A stretch of DNA of 64,000 nt, taken from Geosiphon pyriformis uo1. Taxonomy: Eukaryota; Fungi; Glomeromycota. The notes under the pieces are model-generated. The model saw only the letters and a program-made list of their open reading frames with translations, was not told the DNA's origin and did not search any database. Positions 1-11,149 of this stretch are shown piece after piece; positions within the stretch are counted from its first letter, which is position 1; the number at the start of each line of letters is the position of its first letter. Location of the stretch: the NCBI GenBank assembly GCA_016748015.1, contig JAAOMT010000275.1:124001-188000 (forward strand), in the 5' to 3' direction. The translations under genes were made by a program, and so were the position numbers.

Positions 1-2798
1 TTGCAGTTAAATCAGTAGTTGAGGATGTATTGAAAAAAAATCGAGAACTCTGATTGGTTTTGCAGAATATGCAGAAAGCATATGATTCAGTTGGCTGGGA
101 ACATCTCAAGAAAAGTTTGGTCAGGATCAAGATGTGTGGTAAGTTTATTTGGTTTTTTGGTAGTATTCATAAAAATTGTACCAACAGGGTGATAACAGAC
201 TTTGGACTGACAAATGGTTATTGTGTGCATGATAGTTTGGACCAAGAGGAGATTTTTTCTTCTCTCTTATAATGTATATTTTATGATCCTCTACTATGCA
301 AAGTCAAGAGACAAGAAAGCATGTGTGGTTATAAGTTAAGTTCTTATTTTATTTCAAGAAATAGTTGTGCTGAGTACCAGGCTGGGCTCTCTTCTTTTTT
401 TGCTGCTGGTGTTTTCATTGATGATACAATTTGGATTGGTAGTAGTCAGGCAGCTACTCAATACATTTTAGATGTTGCAAGTGAATTTTTTTAGATAAAT
501 GATATTTCTATTAATAACAACAAGACAGTGGCTATTCCTATCAATTGCAGAATCAGCACTCCTTCTCTTTCTATTAGTGGCTTGCCAATCTCCATTGCCA
601 AAAAGGGTGAATCTCATCAATATTTGGGTATTTTTCTTTCAACTAAAGGTCTCTCAAAACCTAATTTGGTGAAAACAAATTTAAACGTTCATTTTTTTAC
701 CAATTTGGTCCTGAAAAAAGCTGTCTCTAATAAGCAGTTCTTATATTTGGTGTTAGTAGTTCTTCATCCTATAGTTAGTTATAGGACTCAGTTTAGCTTT
801 GTTCTTATTAGTACATACAACAAGTGAGATGCCTTGATACATAAGAGCTTGAAGTTTAAATTTGGCCTACCTCTCAATTTTCTTAGTGATACAATTTATT
901 ACTCTTCCTTTTATGGTTTGAAATCTTTCTCTCAAGTTTAATCTGAGAGCAAGGTGGCCTTTCTTGTTAGTTTTGCAAATTCGAGTGGCATCCTGGGCTG
1001 CTTGTTTTCTCACAGGTCTCATGACTTGCAGGTTCTGTTTTGGCACCCTGTTCATCTATTGAGTTCTCCTGTGCATATTTGTGTTAGTGCTTCCAATAAC
1101 TTTCTGACAGGCATAATTTGCATTCTTCTTGATTGCAATTTGTCTCTAGACAGCTCTTTGGCCAACTTCTTTTGGTTTTATGGTGAAGTCTCTATGTTTG
1201 CTGTCCTGGGTAAGTCACAGTTTCTTAGGTTTTTTCCTTCTCTCTGACAGTATGGTGTTGCTTTTGTGGATTAACTTTATGATCATCATGGTTCTGTTTT
1301 TGATTGGCACACCTTCAAGCATTAGAAAAGATTAGACCCTTGTGGTCCTGTTTCTGAGTGGTTCAAGCTTTCAGTTGTATTTCTCAATGGTGGAGGTTTC
1401 TTTTACACTCATCCCTTAGTTTCGGATGGGATTGGTTCTTTGAACATTTTTGAATCTAGTGGTTTTGTTTCTGTCTGTGATTGTCTCTTGCAAGTTGGTG
1501 CTGATAGTTTGTCAGTGTATATGAATGAATTCTTTAGTAATTTGGGCACAGTTGGTTGTAGAGCTAACACCATTGTGTTTTTTGAGAACATTGAATTGGG
1601 TTTGGGTGTCAGTGTGTCAGATTTGATGTCATCTACTTTGGTGGAGTTGCAGGCTATTGCACTGGCTCTGGAGAGTGTTCCCCCACTGAGCTCTATTAAT
1701 CTGTTTTTGGATAGTCAATCTGCTCTGGATGCCTATAAGTTTGAATTAGGTCTAACATGTCTTGACTTTTGTAATTAGTGTTGGGTCAAACATCATCATA
1801 TTGTCAATGTTATTTACAGTAAGAATTTGAAAATCAGCTGGCATAAGGTTAAAGGCAACTCTGGCATTTCAGAGAATAAGTGCATGAACACAATTGCTGG
1901 TGATGCCTCTCTTTCTGGTTGGTATTTTCCTTATTGCTTGGATAAACACTTTATAGTGGCTGATGGTAGTTTGGTTTTTGGCAATTCCAGACATTTTGTA
2001 TGTGATATTTATTGTTCAGTTTGTCATGTGTGCTGAGAGATTGGTTCTGGTTCCAAGTTTTTGGCAGGCGGTTTGCTTTCTGAGGTTGACTGGCTCTGTT
2101 TATCTTTGGTTTGGCACCCTGACTTGCACATGACTGCTGGTTTCACCAGCAGACCTTCAGCTAATGCCTGCTCTTATTTTATAAAGGCTTTGCACTACCA
2201 GCTGCCAGTTGTTATTTGGAAATGCCTTTATAATTGACTATATCCAAGTGTGTTGTGCTTATATTGTGGCAATATAGAGACATTGGATCATGTATTTTTT
2301 TGCAAAATTGATGACTTTGTCCAACGTCAGTTGTTGGAATCCTATGTAGACTTTTGGAAGATAGTCTCTGGTTTCTCTTATTCTTCTTTAGACATATTAC
2401 AACTGTTGTCTTCATGTGTTTCTGACTCCTTTTTGTCTATGGCTTTTTATAAGGGCTTTGTTTTTAATGATTGGTTTTACAAGACAGTTATCATCTTTTA
2501 TGATCCCAAGGTTGCTGGTTTGGAGATTGGCAAGTTTGTGCACTTTCTTAGTCTTGATTTTAGAAATAATGTCTGGTTAGTTTATGCTAAACATTATGTT
2601 TATATAGAGAAAAATGGGTTGATTTTTCTTGATAGTTAAGTTTTTGTCTCAGTTTCTGGTTTGGCCTCTGGGTTGTTAGCTAGAGTGATCAAATTGCTTG
2701 GCATTGCTAATGCTTTTGGTGTTTGTTTTGGATTTTGCAAATCTTGTTTTTTTTTTTCAGGTGTAGGTAACTCAGTTTCAGTTCATATAGCTGTGTAG
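1..2798 (+). pseudogene. LINE ORF2 remnant (RT, RNase H, CCHC zinc finger)
   Basis: ORF fragments 54-272, 528-827, 954-1247, 1440-1778, 1827-2036 and 2250-2639 are collinear, separated by premature stops. Confidence 0.88.
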
Positions 2799-2912
2799 TG
2801 TTGTTTTGATCGGCCCGAGTGGCTGGTCACATATAGAAAGTGCATGATTTATGCCTAGTTTAGATCAATTTTTTGATGTATAGCACTAGGTAGTGTTTGA
2901 ATTTTACTCATA
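2799..2912 (+). other. Conserved structured LINE 3' UTR (copy 1)
   Basis: Homologous to 29499-29612, 47267-47385 and 48245-48354 (-); hairpin TGATCGGCC-CGAGT-GGCTGGTCA and CCTAG...CTAGG stem. Confidence 0.8.
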
Positions 2913-3599
2913 AAGCAAATAAAAAAAAATAAAGCAAAAAATACAAAATAAAATGAATATATTTCTTTTTACAATCTATAATATTCTCAAAAAATTCAAA
3001 AAAATGAAATAATAAAACATACAGATAATAATAATTAGCCAAAAAAGATTACAGAAAATACTTTAAAAGTATTAAGACAAATTATTTATAGAAATTTCTT
3101 AGTTTTATTTAGATATTTAGTAATAAAATTGGCTAAAAAAAAATAAAATATTTTTTATGTTATTATTTAAAACTATTTATTTAACTTTAATTATAAAAAA
3201 TTTTTTTTAAAACAACTTTAATGCTGACTAAAAAACATAAACAAAAACGTATAAAATAGGCCAAAAACACTTAAATAATAATTAAAAAAACAGTTTTTAT
3301 TAATAAAATGTCTTTTCAAATTTTTTAAAACATAATAAAATATTAGTACAAAAGTATTTAATTTACAGATTAGATATCACCTAGTTCAAATGATCGACAA
3401 ATGATAATCAAATTTAGCAGTTATACATATTATAATTTTTTCTTTGTTTTTAAATGTTCTGTTTTTCTTAACATTTGTTATAATATGGCTCAAAATTAAC
3501 AATACATTGTAAATCTTCTTGACAAAAGTCTTATTATTTCTGAAACATATTATGGTTTGTTTACTTGAAATTGGTGAATTCAAAAACAATTTGAAAATA

Positions 3600-4894
3600 A
3601 GATTTTTACTATACTTTACTGACTGTATATGTATATTGATTTTAAACTAAACAAACAACAGTTTATAATGACAATAGTAAAACAAATTAATTGTCAGAAA
3701 CCTGGCTTTATTTGTACTAGTGGTTCAGAATCTAGTAATATTAAAAACTTACTTTTAATTGCAATCAATACTTTGTATTAAAGTATATTTGGTGTCAAGA
3801 CAGAATACTCAGGTCTTTTAATCCTTGGTTTTAATAATAAAGCTCTTGTTCAGAAATTAACAAAAAATATTTCATTTGTATTATTGTTTCTAAAAGTTAA
3901 TAAACATACAATTATTATTAATTCAATTGGATGTTTATCTTTCAAAAATTACTATGGTGCAGAAACAAAATATATCTTAATAATAATAATAAAGATAAGT
4001 AGACAATAATAACTTATTGTACAAGAAATTAACAAATCTGCTTATTATTTACATATATATTAAGATGAAATATGTATTAGATTAATTGAAGGCAAAACAT
4101 CCAACAACATTTAGAAAAAATTAGAAATTCTTACCAAATATGATAAAGAAACTCTTTTTGGTATCAAACATTCTGATACACAATCCTTATTCTAATTAAT
4201 AAATTATAAAAAATTATTTGTATGTACACCAAATAAATAGAGTGATAAAAACATACTGAAATACATTTTTAATAAGCAGATTAAGTTAAGAAAAATTCCT
4301 ATGCAAATGTTAGATTAAATGGCTTTGTTTTATGAATAGTATAATTAAAAAAGCAATATTGTCCAATTTCTAAAAATATTGGAAAAATTTATTTGTCAGA
4401 TTATACTATATCAAAAAAAAATTATCTGCTTGATGAGTCATGTTTCAAAATTATGGATGTTATGAAATTACTCCATATAGTAAAAAAATAGCAAACATAG
4501 AATTTTAGACTAAATCAAACACGTCTGATTATGATAAAAATATTTTAGAAGCATTATATAATACTGATTTTTTATATATAATATTATCTGAACCAATAAT
4601 TATTAACAATTCAAAAGAAGTAGTTACTTTTTGGGAGAGTTTTAGATTAACTTACAAATCTAATATTGATAGAGCATATGATAAGATTAGAATTTTGTTT
4701 ATTATTGTGGAAAAGTTTTCTTATTTAATATTAAAACAACAGCTTAAGATAAGAAATCAAGATCTTTATAATATGTTATATTCTAATACTTATTATAAAA
4801 TTAGATTAGATCAGATACAATAAATGCTGCAAGAAAACATACAAGATTATATGGTTCTGAATTATCTCCTTTTGAGAAACCAAAGTGTATTTGC
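3600..4894 (+). pseudogene. 5' part of Sola3-like transposase pseudogene (N-terminal FYR-like repeats)
   Basis: Degraded reading frame (PGFICTSG...TEYSGLLILGF; EGKTSNNI*KKLEILTKYDKETLFGIKH). It rejoins in frame with 26046 onward (EKPKxIRQKM) once element A and one TSD copy are removed. Confidence 0.55.
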
Positions 4895-5855
4895 TGTTAC
4901 TGAAGGTTTTTGGTTTTTTTTCTTGAATGTTGTTAATGTTAATTTGCTATGAATTCACGTTTTTAGGAAGTAGTTGAACCTCTAATAACTGAATTTATCT
5001 TCAAATTATTTTTTATAATTTGAACTGCTGGGCTTATAAATGAAATAGCCAATTCCTTGCCAGTTACTTTATGTAGTTACATTGTAGTAAATGTCAACTT
5101 TTTCCCAGAAATTGCTCATCTGAAAGCTCACTAAAAATATGTAGTTACTTTGCTGTGAAAGTTAACTCTTCTACAAGAATCTCATTTGTAGGTTACTCTA
5201 ATGATTATAATAAGAAAAGAAAAGAAATATAAAAGAAATAGAATTTTGTTAAGAGAAAACGTTTTCTATTCAGGCCTGGAGTCACTAACAGATTATTGAA
5301 ATTGGTAGCTAATTAATTTTAAAATGTTAGTTGTGTTAAGAGAATTTCAAGTGTAATAATTTAAGAATTTGGTTTTTGAATATTTAATTTTTATTTGAAT
5401 ATGTAAAAGATGATTTGTTTCAATTAAGATATCTAAAGTAAGATACTATAGTAAGATACTATGAGAAGATACATTTTCTTGAAGAGAGAAGCTCTTCTTT
5501 TATACAACTTGTTGTAATACTAGTCTTTGAACTTGCACTTTTCTCTTTGCTATAATTTGGGTGAACTAAAGATACATTTTGGCAAACTACAAGTTATTTC
5601 ACTGAACTATTGATTATTTCGGCCAATTTTCATTAATTTCGGTGAATTTTGACTATGTTAAATGGTTCAGGGTATTGTGTAATTTGATCATCTTAATTTT
5701 TAGAGTACAAATTGGATTATTGATTGAGTAATAATATTTGATAATTTGATTAAATATTAAGTAATAATCGAAATAATAATAATATATGCTAATTAATAAT
5801 AGGAATTATAAGAGTAATTTCATGCTAATTAATAGCTAAAATTCTACTGATAACA
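4895..5855 (-). repeat. Element A 3' LTR
   Basis: Direct repeat of 25075-26045; adjacent to PPT (minus strand TTAAGGAGGAGATTA). Confidence 0.95.
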
Positions 5856-5865
5856 TAATCTCCTC

Positions 5866-6544
5866 CTTAAGACTAAGCTCTATCAAAGTCCAAGCACTAT
5901 CTGTAATGTTAAGATAGTGGTCCAAAATAATTGAAGTAATCTGGTCTGAAAATTGTTGAAATTTCAGTTTTGTGAGTTTGCCAATGTATTGAACTTTTAT
6001 TGGTTGTAGTATTAGATTTTGTAGAATATTTTTGCAAGTGTTAAACAAATCATAAAGTCTAAAAGCTGCTCTAAGTTTGTAGCAAGTGTTTGTTGGTCCA
6101 GCTACTGTCTTAAATTTATCGTGAATTTGTTTTTGTATAGCCTTAGGAGTGATATTGATTGCTTTAAGTTCCAGTTTTCATTCATAAAGTGTTTTTCTAA
6201 TATGAAAATATCTATATATAAGGGTATGTTTATTGTTTTGTTCATTAAGAAATAGTAAAAGTTTTTGTTAAATTGTGGTATTTGGTAGAATGTCAATAAG
6301 AGCAATTAAAAGGTTTTCTTTCAGTGCTTGCTTCAAAAGTTCTGGTAACCTATTTTTAAAGTGATTTTTTGTTTTTCTTCTATAGGGGTAATAGTTCTAA
6401 GAATTATTTACTACTAGAGCTGTGGTTTTTTTCTAAATATAATTAATTTGACTTCTATTAATCGTTATGGATAAGTTAGGAAGTGTTTTCAAAGCTAACA
6501 TTAATTTTTGGAATATTTGTTGAATATTTCGGAGAATAATCATG
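5866..6544 (-). pseudogene. Element A accessory ORF3 (unknown function)
   Basis: Starts MIILRNIQQIFQKLMLAL..SITINRSQINY; contains CYKLRAAFRLYDLF...IGKLTKLKF; ends DFDRA* (decayed FxGAQ) at the PPT. Confidence 0.65.
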
Positions 6545-6739
6545 ATAAAAATAACTAACTAATAAACAAAATTTGAAAAAGAAAATTATTTTTGGGTATA
6601 GAGTTTTTATTTGTTTTTGGGTTTGAATGTTTCTTCTAATTATTTACTATTTTTGATTTATGTTTTGTGTATTTTAAAGGAGTTTTGTGAAAATGTTGAA
6701 TTAAGTGTTCAAGTTTTGTTGTTTTATTATAATTATTGA

Positions 6740-8083
6740 TTCTAAATTTCGGAGAATATCTTTAGGATTAATTAAAAGAGAATGTGTACCAATTTGTGAA
6801 ATTAATGGTTCAGTATTGTTTCTGGAATGATAGTGTTTCAATCAATTTTTATGTACAACTTTTGCTAGTACTTTGTTATCAAGTCTTAACTTATATGATC
6901 CATTATCTAAAATTTCGTAAATATAAAATGGTCCATCCCATTTATGTTCAAATTTTCCACTCCATTGTTTTTCAGCCTTAGTTCTGTGTAAAAGAACTTT
7001 ATTTCCAACTTTAAATTTATTGGTAACTGGTGACAGTTTGTTGTCATGTTTTTTTTTTTGTTGAGCTTAAGAGTATTTAATATAAATGGCTGCTATGTGT
7101 CTCTTTTTTTTCAATGTACTAAGAAGAGTGTAGACTCTTCTTTGATGTGTTTCTTAGAAGTTTTCTTCATTAATTGGTTGCACTGAGTATGTTTCTACTG
7201 TGAAATTAATTGGTAATGTTGCTGTCTTTCCATAAGTAAGATCAAATGGTGTGTGTTTTATAATATCTTGTTTTAGTGTTCTGTATGCTAGTAATACTGA
7301 TAGAATAAAGATATCCTATTCCTGCTCAAAATCTGTTAAGACTTTGGTTAAAGATTCACACAATGTTCTGTTAAAATGTTCTACAAGTCCATTTGTTTGG
7401 AAGTAATAAGATGATGATAAAGATTTTTTGATATTGAATTGTTCACAAATTTCTTGTATCAAGTTGTTCACAAAATATGTTCCTTGATTAGATAAAAGTT
7501 CAATTGGACATCCATGTCTACAAATAATGTCTTCATAGATGAAATTTGCTACTGATTTTGCATCTGCTCTTTGGATGGTTCTAGCTTTAGGCCATTTGGT
7601 AAGATAATCCACTACAACTGCAATATAACGATTTCCTTGGGTTGTGATAGGTAATGGTCCAACTAAATCAATTCCAATTCTGTTAAAAGATTGTTCAACT
7701 TTGATTGGATTTAAAGGTTTTGTGGAGTGAGTTTTTTCTCTTCTTTAACAACTATCACAAAATTTTATATATTGTCAAATGTTTTTTTGCATGTAAGGCC
7801 AAAAATAATGTTCAAGAGTTCTTTGAATTGTTCCATCTCTTCTCAAGTGTACTAAAGAAAAATCTGTGTACATGTTGTATAGAATTGTTTTTTTTTTATT
7901 TTCCTGTACTAATCTAAGTGGTTGGTTTGAGTTTTTGCAATTTTTGTAATAGATTTTGTTGTGATGTATGAAATATTATTTGGATTGGTATTGTAATCAA
8001 TGTTTTTCACTTGGAAACCAATCTTCTGACATGATAAAAGTCTCCAAATAGTTTTTAAGGTTGTTGTAATTTCTGGAGTCCAT
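6740..8083 (-). pseudogene. Element A integrase
   Basis: GIDLVGPLPIT, VDYLTKWPKA, QTNGLVEHFNRTL, and C-terminal KWDGPFYI (GPY/F) motif. Confidence 0.9.
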
Positions 8084-8149
8084 TGTTGTTTGGTTATTTT
8101 GTTGGTAGATTGTGGTGAATTTGTTGTTAGTGTTAATTTTGTCTCATTC

Positions 8150-9506
8150 TTGAGAGGCTATCAACATTTGTGTGTAGTTTTCCTAGTTTATGGTGTACAA
8201 TATATTTGTAATCTGCTAGGAAATCATTTTATTGAGACTGTTTGGCATTTTGTTTTGTTTTATTTTTATTGAACCATTTGAGGCCAATATTGTTAGTTAT
8301 AATGTCAAATTTTTTTCCATTCTTTAAGTATTATTGGAAATGTTTAAGAGCCCAAATGACTGCAGCAGTTTCTAATTCAGTTGAGCCATATTTGAATTTT
8401 GTTGGCTTGAGTGTTCTACTAACATAAGCAATAACTTACTCTTGGCCATTTTCATCCAATTGTGATAGAATGGTACCAAATACTATGTGTAAAGCATCAG
8501 TGGCTAGTTGAAATTATTTGTTGAAGTCTGGGTAAGCAAGAACTGAAGCTGTTGTTAATTTTGTCTTGAGAGTTTCAAAAGCTTTTTGTTGTTTTTCAGT
8601 CCATTGGTATGTCACGTTTTTGTTGGTAAGATAATTGAGTGGTTTGGCAATCTCTGAGAATCCTTTTATGAATTTTTGATAGTATGAGGCTAATTCTATA
8701 AATCCTCGTAGTTCTGTGGTATTTCTGGGTGTTTGAAAGTTTTTCACAGCACTGATTGTTCCAGGATTTGGTTTGATTCTATCTTTGCTAACTATGTGTT
8801 CAAAAAAAATTAAAATTGTTTTTTCAAAGTGAAATTTCTCAATGTTTAATTTTAATCCTGCTTTCCATAATCATTGAAAGCTTGGTGAGTATACATTAGT
8901 GTTATTAAAATAGACAACTACTGATTGCTACAAGAGTCCTTTATATACAACATCCATAAGTCATTGGAATGTTGCTGGTGCATTATAGAGTTCAAAAGAC
9001 ATAACATTGAACTCATAGTTTCTTCTTTGAGTGGTGAATGCTGTTTTGGATTGATCTTTTGGGTCTATTTTGACTTGCTAATATCCACTTTCCAAGTTTA
9101 AAGTTGAGAAAAACTTGGCTTTTCCTAAAGCATCTAACATGTCATCAATTTTTGGAAGTGGATAGGCATCTCCAATTGTCATGCTGTTAAGCTGACAATA
9201 ATCTACACAAAATCTGATTTTTCTGTTTTTCTTTTTAACAAGTACTACTGGTGAGGCCTAAGGACTTTTTGATGATTAAATCAATCTATTATTAAGCATT
9301 CTTTGGATCTCTTCTCTAATGAATTGGTGGCTGGCAGGTGGTACTTGATAAGCTTGTTGTTGTTTTGGTAGAGCATCTTCTGTGTAGATTTGGTGTTGAA
9401 CAATATCAGTTTTTCCAAGATTATTGTTGTCTTTTGCAAATATATCTGCAAATTCAGCTATGAGCTGTTTCAATTGTCTTTGTTGTTGGGGTTTCGAAGA
9501 ACCCAT
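8150..9506 (-). pseudogene. Element A reverse transcriptase and RNase H
   Basis: FCVDY, DAYPLPKIDD, NAPATFQ, LRGFIELASYY, LAYPDFNK, ATDA, ELETAAVIWALKHF. Confidence 0.9.
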
Positions 9507-9949
9507 GTTGATTCAGGAGAGTTTTTCTTCCAACAGGTGATAGTTTTCAGTTGTAGAAATGATATTTGGATTTGAAAGTAGAGTATGTCTTATAATTTCG
9601 ATAAAATTAGAGACAATTTAAGAGTTTTTATCTTGGAAGATATTGCTATATATGATTCCAATTTCTAATTTATTCAATAAGACAATAAGATAATTATTGG
9701 GGTTGTAAAATATAACTCGAAATTTTTTCATTCTTTCAGGAATATAAACATTTGAGATTGAAATTTTATGCTCTAAACAGATTTGTTCATTGGATTCAAA
9801 TATTTGTTGGGTAGTGGTGGGTTTTGAGCAAGTGTAAATTTTGTGATGTTCACCAAAAGATGAAATGATAATTGGTTGAAGAAGTTGAAGAATCTGGTGA
9901 GATTCATTCTGTGTATTGAAAGCTATGTTTACTGGAACTGTAAATTGTC

Positions 9950-10292
9950 CAGTTGAACCAAAATCTTGTATTTTTTTTTTACTTTTTCCCAATTGTTCTC
10001 TGTTATTAACTAATTGTAAACCCGAAATGTTGATTAAGAGTAGGTAAATTGCTTGGGCAATTTTTTTGGCATGTTCAATTCTGAATAGTTTGTCTGTTTC
10101 ATTCTGTAACATAATAGTAATGTCTCCAGTATATCCTGCATCTATAACTCCTCCTCTAATGTTGATTTCTTTGCTTGCCAATGATGATCTGGATGCAATT
10201 TGAACTATTGCTCCAGGTGGAATTTCAAGAGCAATTTTTAGATTGATTTTTGTTAATGACTTTGGTTGGAAAATCAAAGTATTTTTTCTTGG
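9950..10292 (-). pseudogene. Element A dUTPase, C-terminal part (motifs 2-5)
   Basis: ASRSSLA, GGVIDAGYTGDI, KIAQAI, DFGSTG. Confidence 0.9.
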
Positions 10293-11127
10293 TGTTACTT
10301 ATAAAAAAGAAAACAGATATAAAAAAATAGTAGGCCAATAAGAAAGTAGTAGTTAGTACGTGAGCATATTGCTCAGCAATATGGAGCAATGTCAAAAATC
10401 ACAGCACATTGCTTAGCAATATAGAGCAATGTCAAAAAAATATGGCACATTGCTAAGCAATATGAGCATTACTTAAGAAATTATAGCACATTGCTCGAAA
10501 ATGTGAGTGATTTTGTCAAATTATGTATATATAGTGGTAGCATTAGAAATAGAAAAGACAGACCTCTCAGTTTAGATTTTAATCTGAACAGCCTTTTTAC
10601 TCACAAATATTAATAAATAATTATTTGCTATCTTAATCTATTCTTACTATCAACACTTCATGTTAATAGTAATTGATACTTAAGTACACTAAAACAATAG
10701 CTCTTGATCATGGCTATTGATGGGATACTAACTTACAATTGCTTTTGTTATTTTTTTTATCTTCTTTTATTTTATTTTTTCTTTTGTTATTTCCATGATT
10801 TTACTAAATTGATTAAAGATTAAGTGCTAAGATACAGATGTCATAGTGACTGGTAAAAGATCTGTAAAACAAGGGTAAAACACTTATAGATTTGAAAATA
10901 GCTTACCAAGAGAATTACTGGCCACCATGCTAAGAAAAAAATTTGACAGAATTGTGATTCTGGGAGGCTACTGAAAACAATTGTTAAATCTCTGTTCATT
11001 ATACAAAGGACTTTACAACAAACCTTCAGATCAATAAAACCTTCAGATATCTACACCAAAGTACCAATTAAGCACCAAGTTACAGATTTGTTATTTGCTT
11101 TGAGACCCCAAATAATCATCTGTAACA
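10293..11127 (+). repeat. Element B 5' LTR
   Basis: TGTTAC...TGTAACA; ~40-bp U3 tandem repeats; TATATATA near 10526; repeat of 20781-21602. Confidence 0.95.
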
Positions 11128-11129
11128 TT

Positions 11130-11146
11130 TGGTGCTCCCTGTGAGG
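11130..11146 (+). promoter_or_regulatory. Element B primer-binding site (tRNA ending ...CUCACAGGGAGCA-CCA, tRNA-Ile(UAU)-like)
   Basis: TGGTGCTCCCTGTGAGG 2 nt after the LTR; tRNA identity is inferred from resemblance only. Confidence 0.8.
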
Positions 11147-11149
11147 TAT

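Larger units (their letters stand above)
1..2945 (+). mobile_element. LINE (non-LTR retrotransposon) copy 1, 3' part, decayed
   Basis: RT motifs (LQNMQKAYDSVGW; AAGVFIDDTIW near 400-435), RNase H motifs (STLVELQAIALAL, LFLDSQSAL, WHKVKGNSG at ~1510-1900), C-terminal CLYCGNIETLDHVFFC zinc finger, stop at 2796-2798, conserved 3' UTR, then an A-rich tail. Confidence 0.9.
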
